A stretch of 64,000 nt of DNA. It comes from Rheinheimera sp. (GTDB lineage Bacteria > Pseudomonadota > Gammaproteobacteria > Enterobacterales > Alteromonadaceae). Numbering within the stretch: the first letter of the stretch is position 1; each line of letters starts with the position of its first letter. A program made the position numbers and the translations under genes. The notes below the pieces were generated by a model, which saw only the letters and a program-made list of their open reading frames with translations, did no database searches and was not told the DNA's origin. The DNA is taken from positions 7,448 through 71,447 of the forward strand of contig DMYW01000053.1 in NCBI GenBank assembly GCA_003482455.1. The letters are read 5' to 3'. Shown piece after piece: positions 53,730 through 62,644 of the stretch.

Positions 53730-53758
53730 ACAGCACCTGCGGGTGCTGTTTTGTTTTA
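53730..53758 (+). terminator. Intrinsic terminator
   Basis: ACAGCACC-TGCG-GGTGCTGT-TTTGTTTT. Confidence 0.85.
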
Positions 53759-53820
53759 TTTTTGTATATTACTGTTACTAAAAAGTGCACAATGCGCGAC
53801 CAACATAAAAGGTAATCGCA

Positions 53821-55542
53821 ATGTTAAAGCACGTGTTATTGATAGTGACGATGGGGTTGTTCATTGGTTGTGCCTCAACCAAAACGACCCGAGTCGGCCA
53901 ATTTGCTAATCTCGAACCACAAGAGGGATTAGTTGCCTTAGAAGTTATAAACAATACAGGGTCGTTAACCCGCGATATTCGGCAATGGGATGAAGTGGTG
54001 GTGATTCGTGTTGATAACATTGAACAGATCCGCACTGAAGCCATTGCTTTTGCAAAAAAAATGCATGCTAAGAAAAAGTCAGTGCTGGAATTTGATGAAA
54101 ACACAGTGATGTGGGATCCGGAAGTTTATCAGCTGCAACCCTTGCCTACAGGCACGCTATCCACCCAAGTGTTTTTTGGCAAAATGCCTGCTGGTCGTTA
54201 CATCATTCGACGATTCAGCGGCTCATTTTCTAACTCCAATTACCAAGCATGGTTTACCAAACCAGTGGAAGAAATGGGCGGCTTTTTTAGTGTAAAACCA
54301 AAAACCTTAAGCGATCTGGGAGCTATGGTTTACCAGCCTATGGGCAGTGCTCATGAGGAAGGTACGTCGTATTCATATGTTGCTCGTTTGCCGCGAGTGC
54401 ACCAACTCAGTGATTTTGTGCAAGATGCTTATCCCAAACTTGCAGCACAATTAACAGGGACGTCGTTCAGTGGCTGGGACACGCATTTCCTTGACCATTT
54501 CCGTCAAGATCTGGGTGAGATGAGTCGCCAAAATCCATACATGACAAAAACACTTAGCTCTGACAGTCAAGGCTCTGGGGCGCTGGTGGGTAAATTGGGG
54601 CAAATTAAGCGGGTGCAGCAAGGAAAGTGGTATTCGGATGCAGTACCGAGTAATGCTGAGGTCACCAGTATGTTGCAGCTCGACACTCTGCAGCTAGTTG
54701 GCACAGAACAAGGCGGGGTTTACCTGAAGACCAATGCAGCGGCCAGCTGGCAATCACTCAGTCCAATCGCAATGACCGAGAGTGTGATTGGCTTAGTGCA
54801 CAATGGGCAAAGCTTTTTTGCATTAACCAAAGAAGACAAAGCATTCAAGATTTACCGTTTTGCACAACCCACAGCGTCGTGGGAACTGCTTAAACGCATG
54901 GAGATCCCGAGATCAGCGCCATTGCCTATCATGTTAGTCACGCCAGCGGGTTTAAATGTGTATGCGCATTATGCCGTGCACCGCTACGACCTTTCGTCCA
55001 ATCAATGGCGCAGCGAACGGATGAACACATTAAGCAAAATTATTGCGGTGGGCGAAGGCAAGTGGCTGGCCATCGAAATTGATGCGGGTCATACCTTCTA
55101 CACTCCTGATTATGGGGTAACTTGGATTAACACTCACAGACCACAAGCCTTGTTGTTGGGCTCAATGGCCCATGAATACAAATTGCCAACGATACAAGGT
55201 GATCGACTGATCTCGATTGAAGGCTTTGCTGACCCAGCTGATTCGAGTTTGGTACCGAAAATCCTGATCCGTGTAGCCAGTCGACCTATGTCGTTGGTCA
55301 TGACCGGTGAAAACACGCCATGGCAACAACATGGTCTAGTCAAAGAAGGCTGTGCCGAATTGCTTGCAGCAATATCGACCCAAGAAAAGCTGTATGCGCG
55401 TTGTGAAAATGGCAGTATCGTCAGCTCCAGCACTATGGGGCGAGTGTGGGAAAATGAAATACGTGTCGATTTAACCAAACTGCTCCAACAATACGAGCAG
55501 TTTGTCGATGACCTTAAAGCCGACAACGCCTCAAAACCTTAA
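53821..55542 (+). CDS. Lipoprotein with Asp-box/BNR repeats (paralog 2)
   Basis: Lipobox FIGC; colinear with paralog 1 (VINN, IRVDN, WDP, MPAG.YII, YVARLP, GKLGQ); TPDYGVTW. Confidence 0.8.
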   Translation: MLKHVLLIVTMGLFIGCASTKTTRVGQFANLEPQEGLVALEVINNTGSLTRDIRQWDEVVVIRVDNIEQIRTEAIAFAKKMHAKKKSVLEFDENTVMWDPEVYQLQPLPTGTLSTQVFFGKMPAGRYIIRRFSGSFSNSNYQAWFTKPVEEMGGFFSVKPKTLSDLGAMVYQPMGSAHEEGTSYSYVARLPRVHQLSDFVQDAYPKLAAQLTGTSFSGWDTHFLDHFRQDLGEMSRQNPYMTKTLSSDSQGSGALVGKLGQIKRVQQGKWYSDAVPSNAEVTSMLQLDTLQLVGTEQGGVYLKTNAAASWQSLSPIAMTESVIGLVHNGQSFFALTKEDKAFKIYRFAQPTASWELLKRMEIPRSAPLPIMLVTPAGLNVYAHYAVHRYDLSSNQWRSERMNTLSKIIAVGEGKWLAIEIDAGHTFYTPDYGVTWINTHRPQALLLGSMAHEYKLPTIQGDRLISIEGFADPADSSLVPKILIRVASRPMSLVMTGENTPWQQHGLVKEGCAELLAAISTQEKLYARCENGSIVSSSTMGRVWENEIRVDLTKLLQQYEQFVDDLKADNASKP

Positions 55543-55602
55543 CCTAGCTTTAGCTCAACATGGCAAGTCGAGATAAATTTCAGACTTGCCGATAACTCCC
55601 GA

Positions 55603-55632
55603 TACAAAAGGCACCGCAAGGTGCCTTTTGTA
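55603..55632 (+). terminator. Intrinsic terminator (symmetric)
   Basis: TACAAAAGGCACC-GCAA-GGTGCCTTTTGTA. Confidence 0.85.
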
Positions 55633-55727
55633 ATTGGGCGTCGCCAATCGTATGCATTACGGAAACACTTGTTGTTTGGGTGAAGCCTCGGCATGCTGGA
55701 CTCACTAATCCGTATAAGGTGAGATTT

Positions 55728-56582
55728 ATGATGCGTGTATGGCAGTGTTTGGTAGGCGTAGTTTGTTGTGTGCTCGCTAGTTGCGGGCCGAAGGCTCCAC
55801 CTGCGCATACCGCAAGCGTCAATGTGCAAATTTTGCCGGCGTTGAGTATGCAGCAGTTGCAGCGCGAGCGCATTATTCGGTTGTATCTGCCGCCAAGTTA
55901 CGCCACCAGCGAGCGGCGTTATCCAGTGTTGTATATGCACGACGGCCAGAATTTGTTTGATGCCGCCACCGGCTACGCTGGTGAGTGGCAGGTGGACGAA
56001 ACGCTGGACAAACTCGCCGCCGCCGGCAAGCTGGAAGTGATTGTTGTGGGCATCGACAATGGCGGCGAGCTGCGCAATCAAGAGTTAGTGCCTTATACCC
56101 ATCCAGACATCACCAACAGTGAAGGTGATGCTTATTTAAAATTTATTGTCGATGAGCTCAAACCTTACATCGACAGCCACTACCGCACTTTGTCTGATCG
56201 CGACCATACCGGCTTGATGGGCAGTTCGCTCGGCGGTCTGATCACACACCATGCCGGCCAGCATTACAGCCAAGTGTTTGGTCGTTTGGGGGTGTTGTCG
56301 CCGTCGTATTGGGTGGCTGGCGACAGTAGCAGCGCGCCATTCCAATCCCGCTTGTATTCGCCGGGAGTGGCTGCACAATCGCGTTGGTTTGTTAGCATGG
56401 GCAGCAAAGAAGGCGGAGCTATGGTCCCCGACTTTCAACAAGTCACAGCGCAACTTGCCAAAACCTTACCTGCCGACAGCCAGCTAGCGACGCGGTTAGT
56501 TGAAGGCGCCGATCACAATGAAGCTGCCTGGGCTGCGTTGATGGAGCCAGCGCTGCTGTTTTTGTTTAGCGACACGCCTTAA
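55728..56582 (+). CDS. Putative esterase lipoprotein (alpha/beta hydrolase)
   Basis: Lipobox LASC; YLPPSY..RYPVLYMHDGQNLF, GSSLGG, HNEAAW. Confidence 0.9.
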   Translation: MMRVWQCLVGVVCCVLASCGPKAPPAHTASVNVQILPALSMQQLQRERIIRLYLPPSYATSERRYPVLYMHDGQNLFDAATGYAGEWQVDETLDKLAAAGKLEVIVVGIDNGGELRNQELVPYTHPDITNSEGDAYLKFIVDELKPYIDSHYRTLSDRDHTGLMGSSLGGLITHHAGQHYSQVFGRLGVLSPSYWVAGDSSSAPFQSRLYSPGVAAQSRWFVSMGSKEGGAMVPDFQQVTAQLAKTLPADSQLATRLVEGADHNEAAWAALMEPALLFLFSDTP

Positions 56583-56614
56583 GCGGCAACTCGCGAGTTC
56601 GCTCGACAGACGCC

Positions 56615-57148
56615 TTAGTTAATAAAGGCGTCTGGGGCATTCACTGGGCATGCTTCAATGGGTTCAGCGTGGTTAGCCTTTTCGCTGTACATCCAACATT
56701 CGTCATACACCGAACAATAACAAGTATTGATTTCGACTTTGTCGGCCAGTTCATACATGGCTCTGGCATTGTCGGGACTTTTCAGTACAAAGCCGGCCAG
56801 TATCTGATTGGCGGTAATGGTGTTGCCAACTAACTGCGATTGTTCGATATTTTTTACCGTCCCCGGTAAATGCTGGCTGAGTTCTTGCCACGTTTTTATC
56901 GGTTTGCCAGCAAATTTAACCTGCATATATTCAAGTTTGGCGGGACCTGTGCCGCGGTTCATGGCTAAATATGAAAAACCTGTGTCGTTGTAGCTCATGC
57001 CGACAATTAAATTCGGCCACAGCGACGCGCGTGCGTATTGGCGGTTGGTCATGGCTGAATGGATGCTCGCTGCTGCCGTGACGAGGCTGACCAGCAAGGC
57101 GGACAACGCGATGATCATGTCTGGGCGTTTGAAGCTGATGTGTTCCAT
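56615..57148 (-). CDS. Hypothetical protein with N-terminal anchor
   Basis: 177-aa ORF with AAGGA RBS; NRGTGPA and CYCSVYDECW motifs. Confidence 0.75.
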   Translation of the reverse strand: MEHISFKRPDMIIALSALLVSLVTAAASIHSAMTNRQYARASLWPNLIVGMSYNDTGFSYLAMNRGTGPAKLEYMQVKFAGKPIKTWQELSQHLPGTVKNIEQSQLVGNTITANQILAGFVLKSPDNARAMYELADKVEINTCYCSVYDECWMYSEKANHAEPIEACPVNAPDAFIN

Positions 57149-57311
57149 GTGGGTTCCTTTTTATAGCGGTTAAAGTCACCTTGGGTTGCTCTCTAGTGGG
57201 GGCATTCACAACAAGGCTGAGCGGTTGCTTTTGAGTGTTAGGGTGCCGCAAACGTCTCATACTCGCCAAATATCGAATTGTAACCGGATGTGCACTGCGG
57301 ACTCTGGCTCG

Positions 57312-57326
57312 ACTGTGGACACCCAC
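57312..57326 (-). repeat. REP-like GTGGGTGTCCACAGT element (third copy)
   Basis: Reverse complement matches the repeats at 60779-60828 at 14 of 15 positions. Confidence 0.75.
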
Positions 57327-57455
57327 TCGAATTTGTTTGGGGCATACGCATGCCGCCTTGTTGAATTTACCAGCAGTCGGTGTGCCGCAGGCTGTTGAGC
57401 CTATGTATTGGCTGGTATGCTTTGCACCGTTTCAAAATCCAAAGAGGTAAATGCG

Positions 57456-57719
57456 ATGCACGGCAAGACCCACAGCAGCATCGATTTAGTGTTGGACGTA
57501 GCAGGACGGGATTACAAACTACGCACTGCACAACAACACGCGGCAGGTCTTCAAGAAGCGGCGCAGCATTTGAATGACAAAATCAAAGCGGTGCGTCAGC
57601 GTGGTCGTAACTTAAGTAACGAACAAGCCGCCGTGCTGGCAGCGCTCGAGCTCAGTTATGATTTATTAATTGAACGTGAAATGCTGGCACAACAATTGGC
57701 TGCAGTGCGCGGTGGTTGA
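57456..57719 (+). CDS. zapA: ZapA-family protein (probable paralog)
   Basis: VAGRDYKL...LQEAAQHLNDKI...EQAAVLAALELSYDLL; GAGG RBS. Confidence 0.75.
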   Translation: MHGKTHSSIDLVLDVAGRDYKLRTAQQHAAGLQEAAQHLNDKIKAVRQRGRNLSNEQAAVLAALELSYDLLIEREMLAQQLAAVRGG

Positions 57720-57749
57720 ACCTGCGCCGCGACCACAGCGACACCACAT

Positions 57750-58787
57750 TTAACGTCTTAAAATATCTAAAGTTTGTTCAAGTTCCGCGGCATCGACGCC
57801 ATCGGTTATAAACACCAACTGACTGGTTCTGTGCTCATCGGGCCATGCATCTAACACACCTGCCGGGTGCAACAGTGTTTGCACTGCGTGCACGGCAACT
57901 GGCCCCGGAAAGCCTTCGACGTGCAAAATTGCTTTCATTCGCAATAAGTTATGCCCAAGCTTGGGCAATAGTGCGTCCAGCCATTGGTCCAGTGCGGTGA
58001 CTTTGATCGGCGTGGTGAGCTCGTAACAATATGACTGAATGCGGTCGGATTCGTTGTGGCTGGCCGATTGGGCTTTGAAAAACGCCTGTTGTCCGGCGGT
58101 TAGCGGCGCAAAGGTTAAACCTTGTGTCGGTAACCATTGGCGCAGTGGCGTTTCGGTTTGCACCGGTTCTGCGTGATCCAAGCGAAGAATTTGAGTTAAA
58201 TCAACCGCATCAAGCGTACGATGTAACAAAGGTGCCGTCGGGTTTAACCGGCGTAATTCTGTTTCTAAGTCAGTGATGTCTGATGTCTCAGCCAGCTCGG
58301 TTTTGCTGATCAGCAGCAAGTCTGCCACCCCCACCTGCCGGCGCGCTTCCGCGTGTGCGGTCAACGTGGCAGCGCCATTGACGGCATCAACTAACGTCAC
58401 TGTGCCTTGCAAGCGATACAAATTAAACAAGTTGGGCGTTTCAATGACGGTGCGCAGCACAGGCGCAGGGTCAGCCAAGCCGGTAGTTTCGATGATCACA
58501 CGGTCAAACTGACGCTGACCATTGCGGGCAAACCGCCAGTGTGCATCACTAAGGGTCTTCGCCAAATCGCCGCGAATGGTGCAACAAATGCAGCCGCTCG
58601 ACAGCTCGACCACTTGGTCTTCGTTACTGCGCGTGACCAGTTTGTGGTCCAGGGGCGTGCTACCAAATTCATTGATGATCACTAAAGTGCGCGCGAATTC
58701 AGGCAGCTGCACCAGTTGGTTGAGCAGCGTGGTTTTCCCTGCACCTAAAAAACCAGTCAATAAATACAAAGGGATACGTTGTTGCAT
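57750..58787 (-). CDS. COG0523/CobW-family GTPase metallochaperone
   Basis: LTGFLGAGKTT, INEFG, GCICCT, IETTGLADP, CobW_C region LRMKA...LVFI. Confidence 0.93.
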   Translation of the reverse strand: MQQRIPLYLLTGFLGAGKTTLLNQLVQLPEFARTLVIINEFGSTPLDHKLVTRSNEDQVVELSSGCICCTIRGDLAKTLSDAHWRFARNGQRQFDRVIIETTGLADPAPVLRTVIETPNLFNLYRLQGTVTLVDAVNGAATLTAHAEARRQVGVADLLLISKTELAETSDITDLETELRRLNPTAPLLHRTLDAVDLTQILRLDHAEPVQTETPLRQWLPTQGLTFAPLTAGQQAFFKAQSASHNESDRIQSYCYELTTPIKVTALDQWLDALLPKLGHNLLRMKAILHVEGFPGPVAVHAVQTLLHPAGVLDAWPDEHRTSQLVFITDGVDAAELEQTLDILRR

Positions 58788-58828
58788 GCCAAAAGACTCC
58801 AAAAACATGGGGGCAAGGTGACCCAAAA

Positions 58829-58851
58829 ACAGTGTGATACTATCACATAAG
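58829..58851. promoter_or_regulatory. Zur box
   Basis: Core palindrome TGTGATA-C-TATCACA (58833-58847), like the gammaproteobacterial Zur core TGTTATA-N-TATAACA; upstream of the COG0523 gene. Confidence 0.8.
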
Positions 58852-58960
58852 TATCGGTAAACGAACCTTAGGCTGGCGCATTTACCGCAACACATGACGT
58901 GCTGAAGGTACGCATGCTATAACCTCAAGCAGGACATGCTGAATTGGGGAGAGGGAGCGA

Positions 58961-59506
58961 ATGACCATCAAATTGACATTTCGACCGGCGACCGTAGCCG
59001 ATTGCAAGGCGATCAGTCGTTTGCTGCTGCGTTGTGCTGAGCGCTTTCTGCTGGCGGATTTTTCGCCGCAAGGGCAAGCACTATTGTGTGATTCGTTGCA
59101 AGCTAGTGCGATCGCTGATTATTTGCATCAAGGCATGGATTACCGGCTGGCGTTTGCAGACACTGCGGCAGGGGCCGAGTTGGTGGGAGTGATTGCGCTC
59201 AAACGGCCGTGTCATTTGTATCATTTGTTTGTCGAGCCCGCTTGGCATGGTCAGGGCATTGCACGCCAGTTGTTCACAGCACTGTGGCCAACTGTGTTGC
59301 TCTGGGCGCAACAGTCTGAGCAGCAAGAACTCACCGTCAATTCCAGTTTGTATGCCGCACCTGTGTATATCAATTGGGGCTTTGTGCCGGATTCGCCGCC
59401 GCGTGATCGCAATGGCGTGATCGATCAACCGATGCGTCTGCACTTATCCATCTATCAACCGAAAGAGCATGTCGAAGCACTCGACGCTGCTATGGACGCG
59501 GTTTAG
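58961..59506 (+). CDS. GNAT N-acetyltransferase
   Basis: HLYHLFVEPAWHGQGIARQL, TVNSSLYAAPVY..WGF. Confidence 0.9.
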   Translation: MTIKLTFRPATVADCKAISRLLLRCAERFLLADFSPQGQALLCDSLQASAIADYLHQGMDYRLAFADTAAGAELVGVIALKRPCHLYHLFVEPAWHGQGIARQLFTALWPTVLLWAQQSEQQELTVNSSLYAAPVYINWGFVPDSPPRDRNGVIDQPMRLHLSIYQPKEHVEALDAAMDAV

Positions 59507-59847
59507 ACGTCTAAGCCGGCCAACAAGGCGCGATTGAGGGATAACAGCAACGGAATGTCGGCAGCTTGGCTATCTTGTTGCAACTGCGTCAGCATCACAT
59601 TGGCAACGGCCAGCAATTCATTGCGTAACGTGGCTGGGTACGGATGAGCCTGCTCTTGCAACAACACTTGGTAGGTGAGCCAAGTATGGCGCAAGTCCCC
59701 CAACACTTGGATCAACGCGAACTGATCGCCTGACAACTGCGCTTGTTCCAAACGAAAACACAATTGGCTGAGCAGCCGCGCATCCAGCGCTTTGGTGGAA
59801 CTGCCTTCTTGCAATGTAGTGCGATAGAGATCGACGGCTTTTTTCAT
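59503..59847 (-). CDS. FlaF-like flagellar regulator/chaperone
   Basis: 114 aa; LDARLL...L.DLRHTW....L....HPYPATLRNELLAVA...DIPLLLSLNRALLAGL follows the FlaF pattern (NPLP.ELR..LISL...LI.INR.I..GL). Confidence 0.65.
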   Translation of the reverse strand: MKKAVDLYRTTLQEGSSTKALDARLLSQLCFRLEQAQLSGDQFALIQVLGDLRHTWLTYQVLLQEQAHPYPATLRNELLAVANVMLTQLQQDSQAADIPLLLSLNRALLAGLDV

Positions 59848-59886
59848 GAATGATCACATACTGAACTTGGTTGGCTACTTTTCAAT

Positions 59887-59943
59887 CAACTGACACAAAC
59901 AACTGACACAAACAACTGACACAAACAACTGACACAAACAACT
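59887..59943 (+). repeat. Perfect 13-bp tandem repeat (CAACTGACACAAA) x4.4
   Basis: Four exact units plus CAACT, about 40 bp upstream of the FlaF-like start. Confidence 0.95.
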
Positions 59944-60083
59944 ATCATATCCAGCTAAGACGAACCGCTATCCGCAGCAAACACCACCAACAACTGTGCC
60001 ATTAACTTGTTTGAGCGTGGCAACAAGAGATGGGTTCGTCAAGCCAATTCCGATACGGGCAGTCAGTCCCGCAGGACGCGGCA

Positions 60084-60632
60084 TCATGTGTTGTTGGCTT
60101 GGTCTTTTGCCGGCACCTCATAGTTTTTGCAGCTGGCCAGCACTAATTGTAAATGTTCGCCTAACCCTTGCTCACCCAGTTTAGCGCTAGCCATCGTTTG
60201 TAATGTGGCAAGTGCACCCTCGACGCCTTGTGCTTTCACCAGTTCGCTGGCATAACGAGCGGCCGCCGCACCTTGTTGCAGCAAGCCGGCCATTTGTTCA
60301 AGTGACGGTTCGGTTTGCATCAGCTTTTCGATGTCAGCGAGTAAATCCGCAATCCGTGAACTTTCTGCCAACGCGCCTTCAACCGTGATCAATTTACCCA
60401 TTGGATCTTGTGCTAAACGACTCGCGACACACGCGGCTGTGCTGCCCGCTTCGGCAGAGGCTACCACAGCGTCTAAGCCTTTTTCCCGGATCAACGCAAT
60501 GGCGGCTGCTACCTGTTCATCTTTGGCGAGTAAAGCTTGTTCAGCTTGTTGCTGCTGGTTTTCCGAAAAATAACCGCAACTGGTCAATAACAACAGCGCG
60601 ATACCGCTAAAAAGTGCTCGGGTAATTTGCAT
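60084..60632 (-). CDS. Hypothetical alpha-helical lipoprotein
   Basis: Lipobox LTSC; GGAG RBS; Ala-rich helices. Confidence 0.8.
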   Translation of the reverse strand: MQITRALFSGIALLLLTSCGYFSENQQQQAEQALLAKDEQVAAAIALIREKGLDAVVASAEAGSTAACVASRLAQDPMGKLITVEGALAESSRIADLLADIEKLMQTEPSLEQMAGLLQQGAAAARYASELVKAQGVEGALATLQTMASAKLGEQGLGEHLQLVLASCKNYEVPAKDQANNT

Positions 60633-60778
60633 CGTCGGTCTCCGTCAATTGATTTGCATTGTTTGGATAGCTATGGGCGCTGTTTGTAGATCTCAAGCGA
60701 GGTTGCGATGAGCGCAGGATTTTTCTGATGAATAGCGACTAGCGAATGGCTATTGGCCATTGCGGTAGTGTCTGTTTG

Positions 60779-60828
60779 GGTGGGTGTCCACGGTTCGCCT
60801 GGTGGTGGTTTAGGTGGGTGTCCACGGT
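60779..60828 (+). repeat. Two 16-bp direct repeats GGTGGGTGTCCACGGT (REP-like)
   Basis: Exact copies at 60779-60794 and 60813-60828, 18-bp spacer. Confidence 0.85.
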
Positions 60829-60834
60829 CGGTGC

Positions 60835-61053
60835 AAACATGCGTTTGTTAAAAAAGCCATGACTGCCGTCTAAGAACGCTTACCGCGCAGTTTGTTTTTT
60901 TGCGCCAGCCGCCAACATATCGTCAATTTGCGCCACATTATCCGCATTGAAGAATCGCTCAGCGATGGCTACCTCGTACGCCTGAGCAACGGAAAGGAGC
61001 TGGAGATCTCGAGGCGCCAAGCAAGTGAGCTAAAAGATTTGTTGAGTTTGTAG
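60835..61053 (+). pseudogene. Truncated LytTR DNA-binding domain remnant
   Basis: Hand translation KHAFVKKAMTAV*ERLPRSLFFCASRQHIVNLRHIIRIEESLSDGYLVRLSNGKELEISRRQASELKDLLSL*; in-frame TAA at 60871; no 5' receiver part. Confidence 0.85.
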
Positions 61054-61150
61054 TGGGTTTCTTTCATAAAATCAGTGGGTAATGGCGGCCTATTATCAAT
61101 ATATTATTAGCTAATCCAATTGTACGGTTTAACTTATAACAGAGCGCGCT

Positions 61151-62449
61151 CTAATGCGATTTTTCAGTAATAAGTTTGTACTCGCCTTCAACGAACCGAT
61201 ATAACTGTTCTTCGTTTATATATTTTATTTTTTTGCACTCAGCACTATTGTAGTGACCCAGTTTTAGCTTTACATCATAAATTCCACTAGATTTTATAAA
61301 TTCAATTGTGGAGTAGTCACTTTTTGTCGTTGGACAGAAAGAGTTGTATTCGTAAAAATGGTGCCTTTTTAATACTTCACTAGTTTCAGAGGGGGTTATT
61401 TTATAAATTTCGAAATCAAAATAGCCTTCACCACCACGGGAGTTGTTTTCATTGTAGACAAGTGCTATGTCATTATCGCCTATATTTTCTAGATAATAGA
61501 TTCCAAAAGGCGTTCCAGTAATATATTGTTCGACTTGTGTGCCTATCGTTTTCCATCTGTCATTAAGTCGTTCAAAGAATGAGACTTTAATAGCCGTGCT
61601 GCAATATGAGCAGTAATAGTTTTTATTGTTAGATTCACTTTCTTTTGTTATGACATACAATAACGCACGGTTATTGATTTCAACATAACGGCTAAGTAAA
61701 ACAAAGGCGTAAATGGGAGCTGAACCCTCCGGCAAGTTCAGAATTGCACCGCTGTCATCAATATCGCCGTAAACGCCTTTTAGCAGTGCGTAATCCGATG
61801 GTATTAGCTCATCTGTATTAAATTGAACGCTGCTAAGCTGCTGATAACAAGGACCTTTCTCGCCATAACAGCTGACAGTGGCGACCATCAGTGTTTGGTT
61901 GTCGCAACTCACCCCTTCGATTGTGTCAGTACTGTGCAATTCGCCAATACCGTCAACCTTTACGACATAACGAGCGAAAGCAGTCTTGTCATCACTTAAT
62001 TCACCCAATACCTGCACATCGCCACAGCCGCGAGACAAGTTTTCGATCAGCAGTCTTGAGCTGCGAGCTTCTAAAGGAGTGCTATTCAAGGCGGTTTGGC
62101 TTTTGGCTTGCACTGCTTTGACCATGTCCATGGTCCACTGCAGCGGTGTATCTGCCGTGGCTGTGTAGGGTGCTAATTCGTATTGATTATGAATAAAACG
62201 AACTTCACGCAGATTCTTTTGCTTGTCTGCCACGCTATTCATAAAGATTTGATTATTCGCGAAGGTGAAAAAGTGATGAATGCTGGGTTTGTTAAAATGA
62301 ACGACTCGTAACTCACCACCTTCGCTGGTTTTAAAGACATCATACCCAGTATTCAGCTGAGTGCCTTTTTGCGCCAGTACCGAATCAGACTCCGCGTAAC
62401 AAAGCGTGGAAAACAAGACAACTAACATCAAGATGTACTTCATAAGCAT
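61151..62449 (-). CDS. Exported hypothetical protein with AT-rich C-terminal half
   Basis: Signal peptide ending CYA; 432-aa ORF; AAGGA RBS. Confidence 0.8.
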   Translation of the reverse strand: MLMKYILMLVVLFSTLCYAESDSVLAQKGTQLNTGYDVFKTSEGGELRVVHFNKPSIHHFFTFANNQIFMNSVADKQKNLREVRFIHNQYELAPYTATADTPLQWTMDMVKAVQAKSQTALNSTPLEARSSRLLIENLSRGCGDVQVLGELSDDKTAFARYVVKVDGIGELHSTDTIEGVSCDNQTLMVATVSCYGEKGPCYQQLSSVQFNTDELIPSDYALLKGVYGDIDDSGAILNLPEGSAPIYAFVLLSRYVEINNRALLYVITKESESNNKNYYCSYCSTAIKVSFFERLNDRWKTIGTQVEQYITGTPFGIYYLENIGDNDIALVYNENNSRGGEGYFDFEIYKITPSETSEVLKRHHFYEYNSFCPTTKSDYSTIEFIKSSGIYDVKLKLGHYNSAECKKIKYINEEQLYRFVEGEYKLITEKSH

Positions 62450-62600
62450 CCTTACTTAATTTGGCGATTCCCAAAGTGCTCGCTTTGTATTTTTGTATGT
62501 GTATCTTCGACACGTCTGTCGCAATAGTACGTAGACAGCATGCGGTTGGCTAGTCCAAACCTTCGACATGTTTATCGCCATGGATGGAAAGAGCAACAAT

Positions 62601-62626
62601 AAAAAAGCCCTCTAGCAGAGGGCTTT
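62601..62626 (-). terminator. Intrinsic terminator after the flagellin-like gene
   Basis: Plus strand AAAAAAGCCCTCT-AGC-AGAGGGCTTT. Confidence 0.85.
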
Positions 62627-62644
62627 GGTGGATGACGTGGCAGT

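Noticed and set aside
11279..55526. Many antisense or out-of-frame ORFs in the track (e.g. 27050-27625, 49576-50259, 51310-52068)
   Set aside because: Shadows of long, well-supported genes, with no independent motifs or RBS noticed
55569..55595. Perfect sigma-28 -10 element GCCGATAA
   Set aside because: Poor -35 match, part of a hairpin arm, and immediately followed by a terminator
57720..57749. 6S RNA downstream of zapA
   Set aside because: Only 30 bp separate zapA from the convergent gene
59887..59943. Tandem repeat as a CRISPR or iteron array
   Set aside because: No spacers and no rep gene; it is a simple VNTR
60779..60828. Direct repeats as a mini-CRISPR
   Set aside because: Only two 16-bp repeats with an 18-bp spacer, and no cas genes in the window
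61054..61150. Integron attC site after the AT-rich gene
   Set aside because: No RYYYAAC...GTTRRRY hairpin found and no integrase in the window
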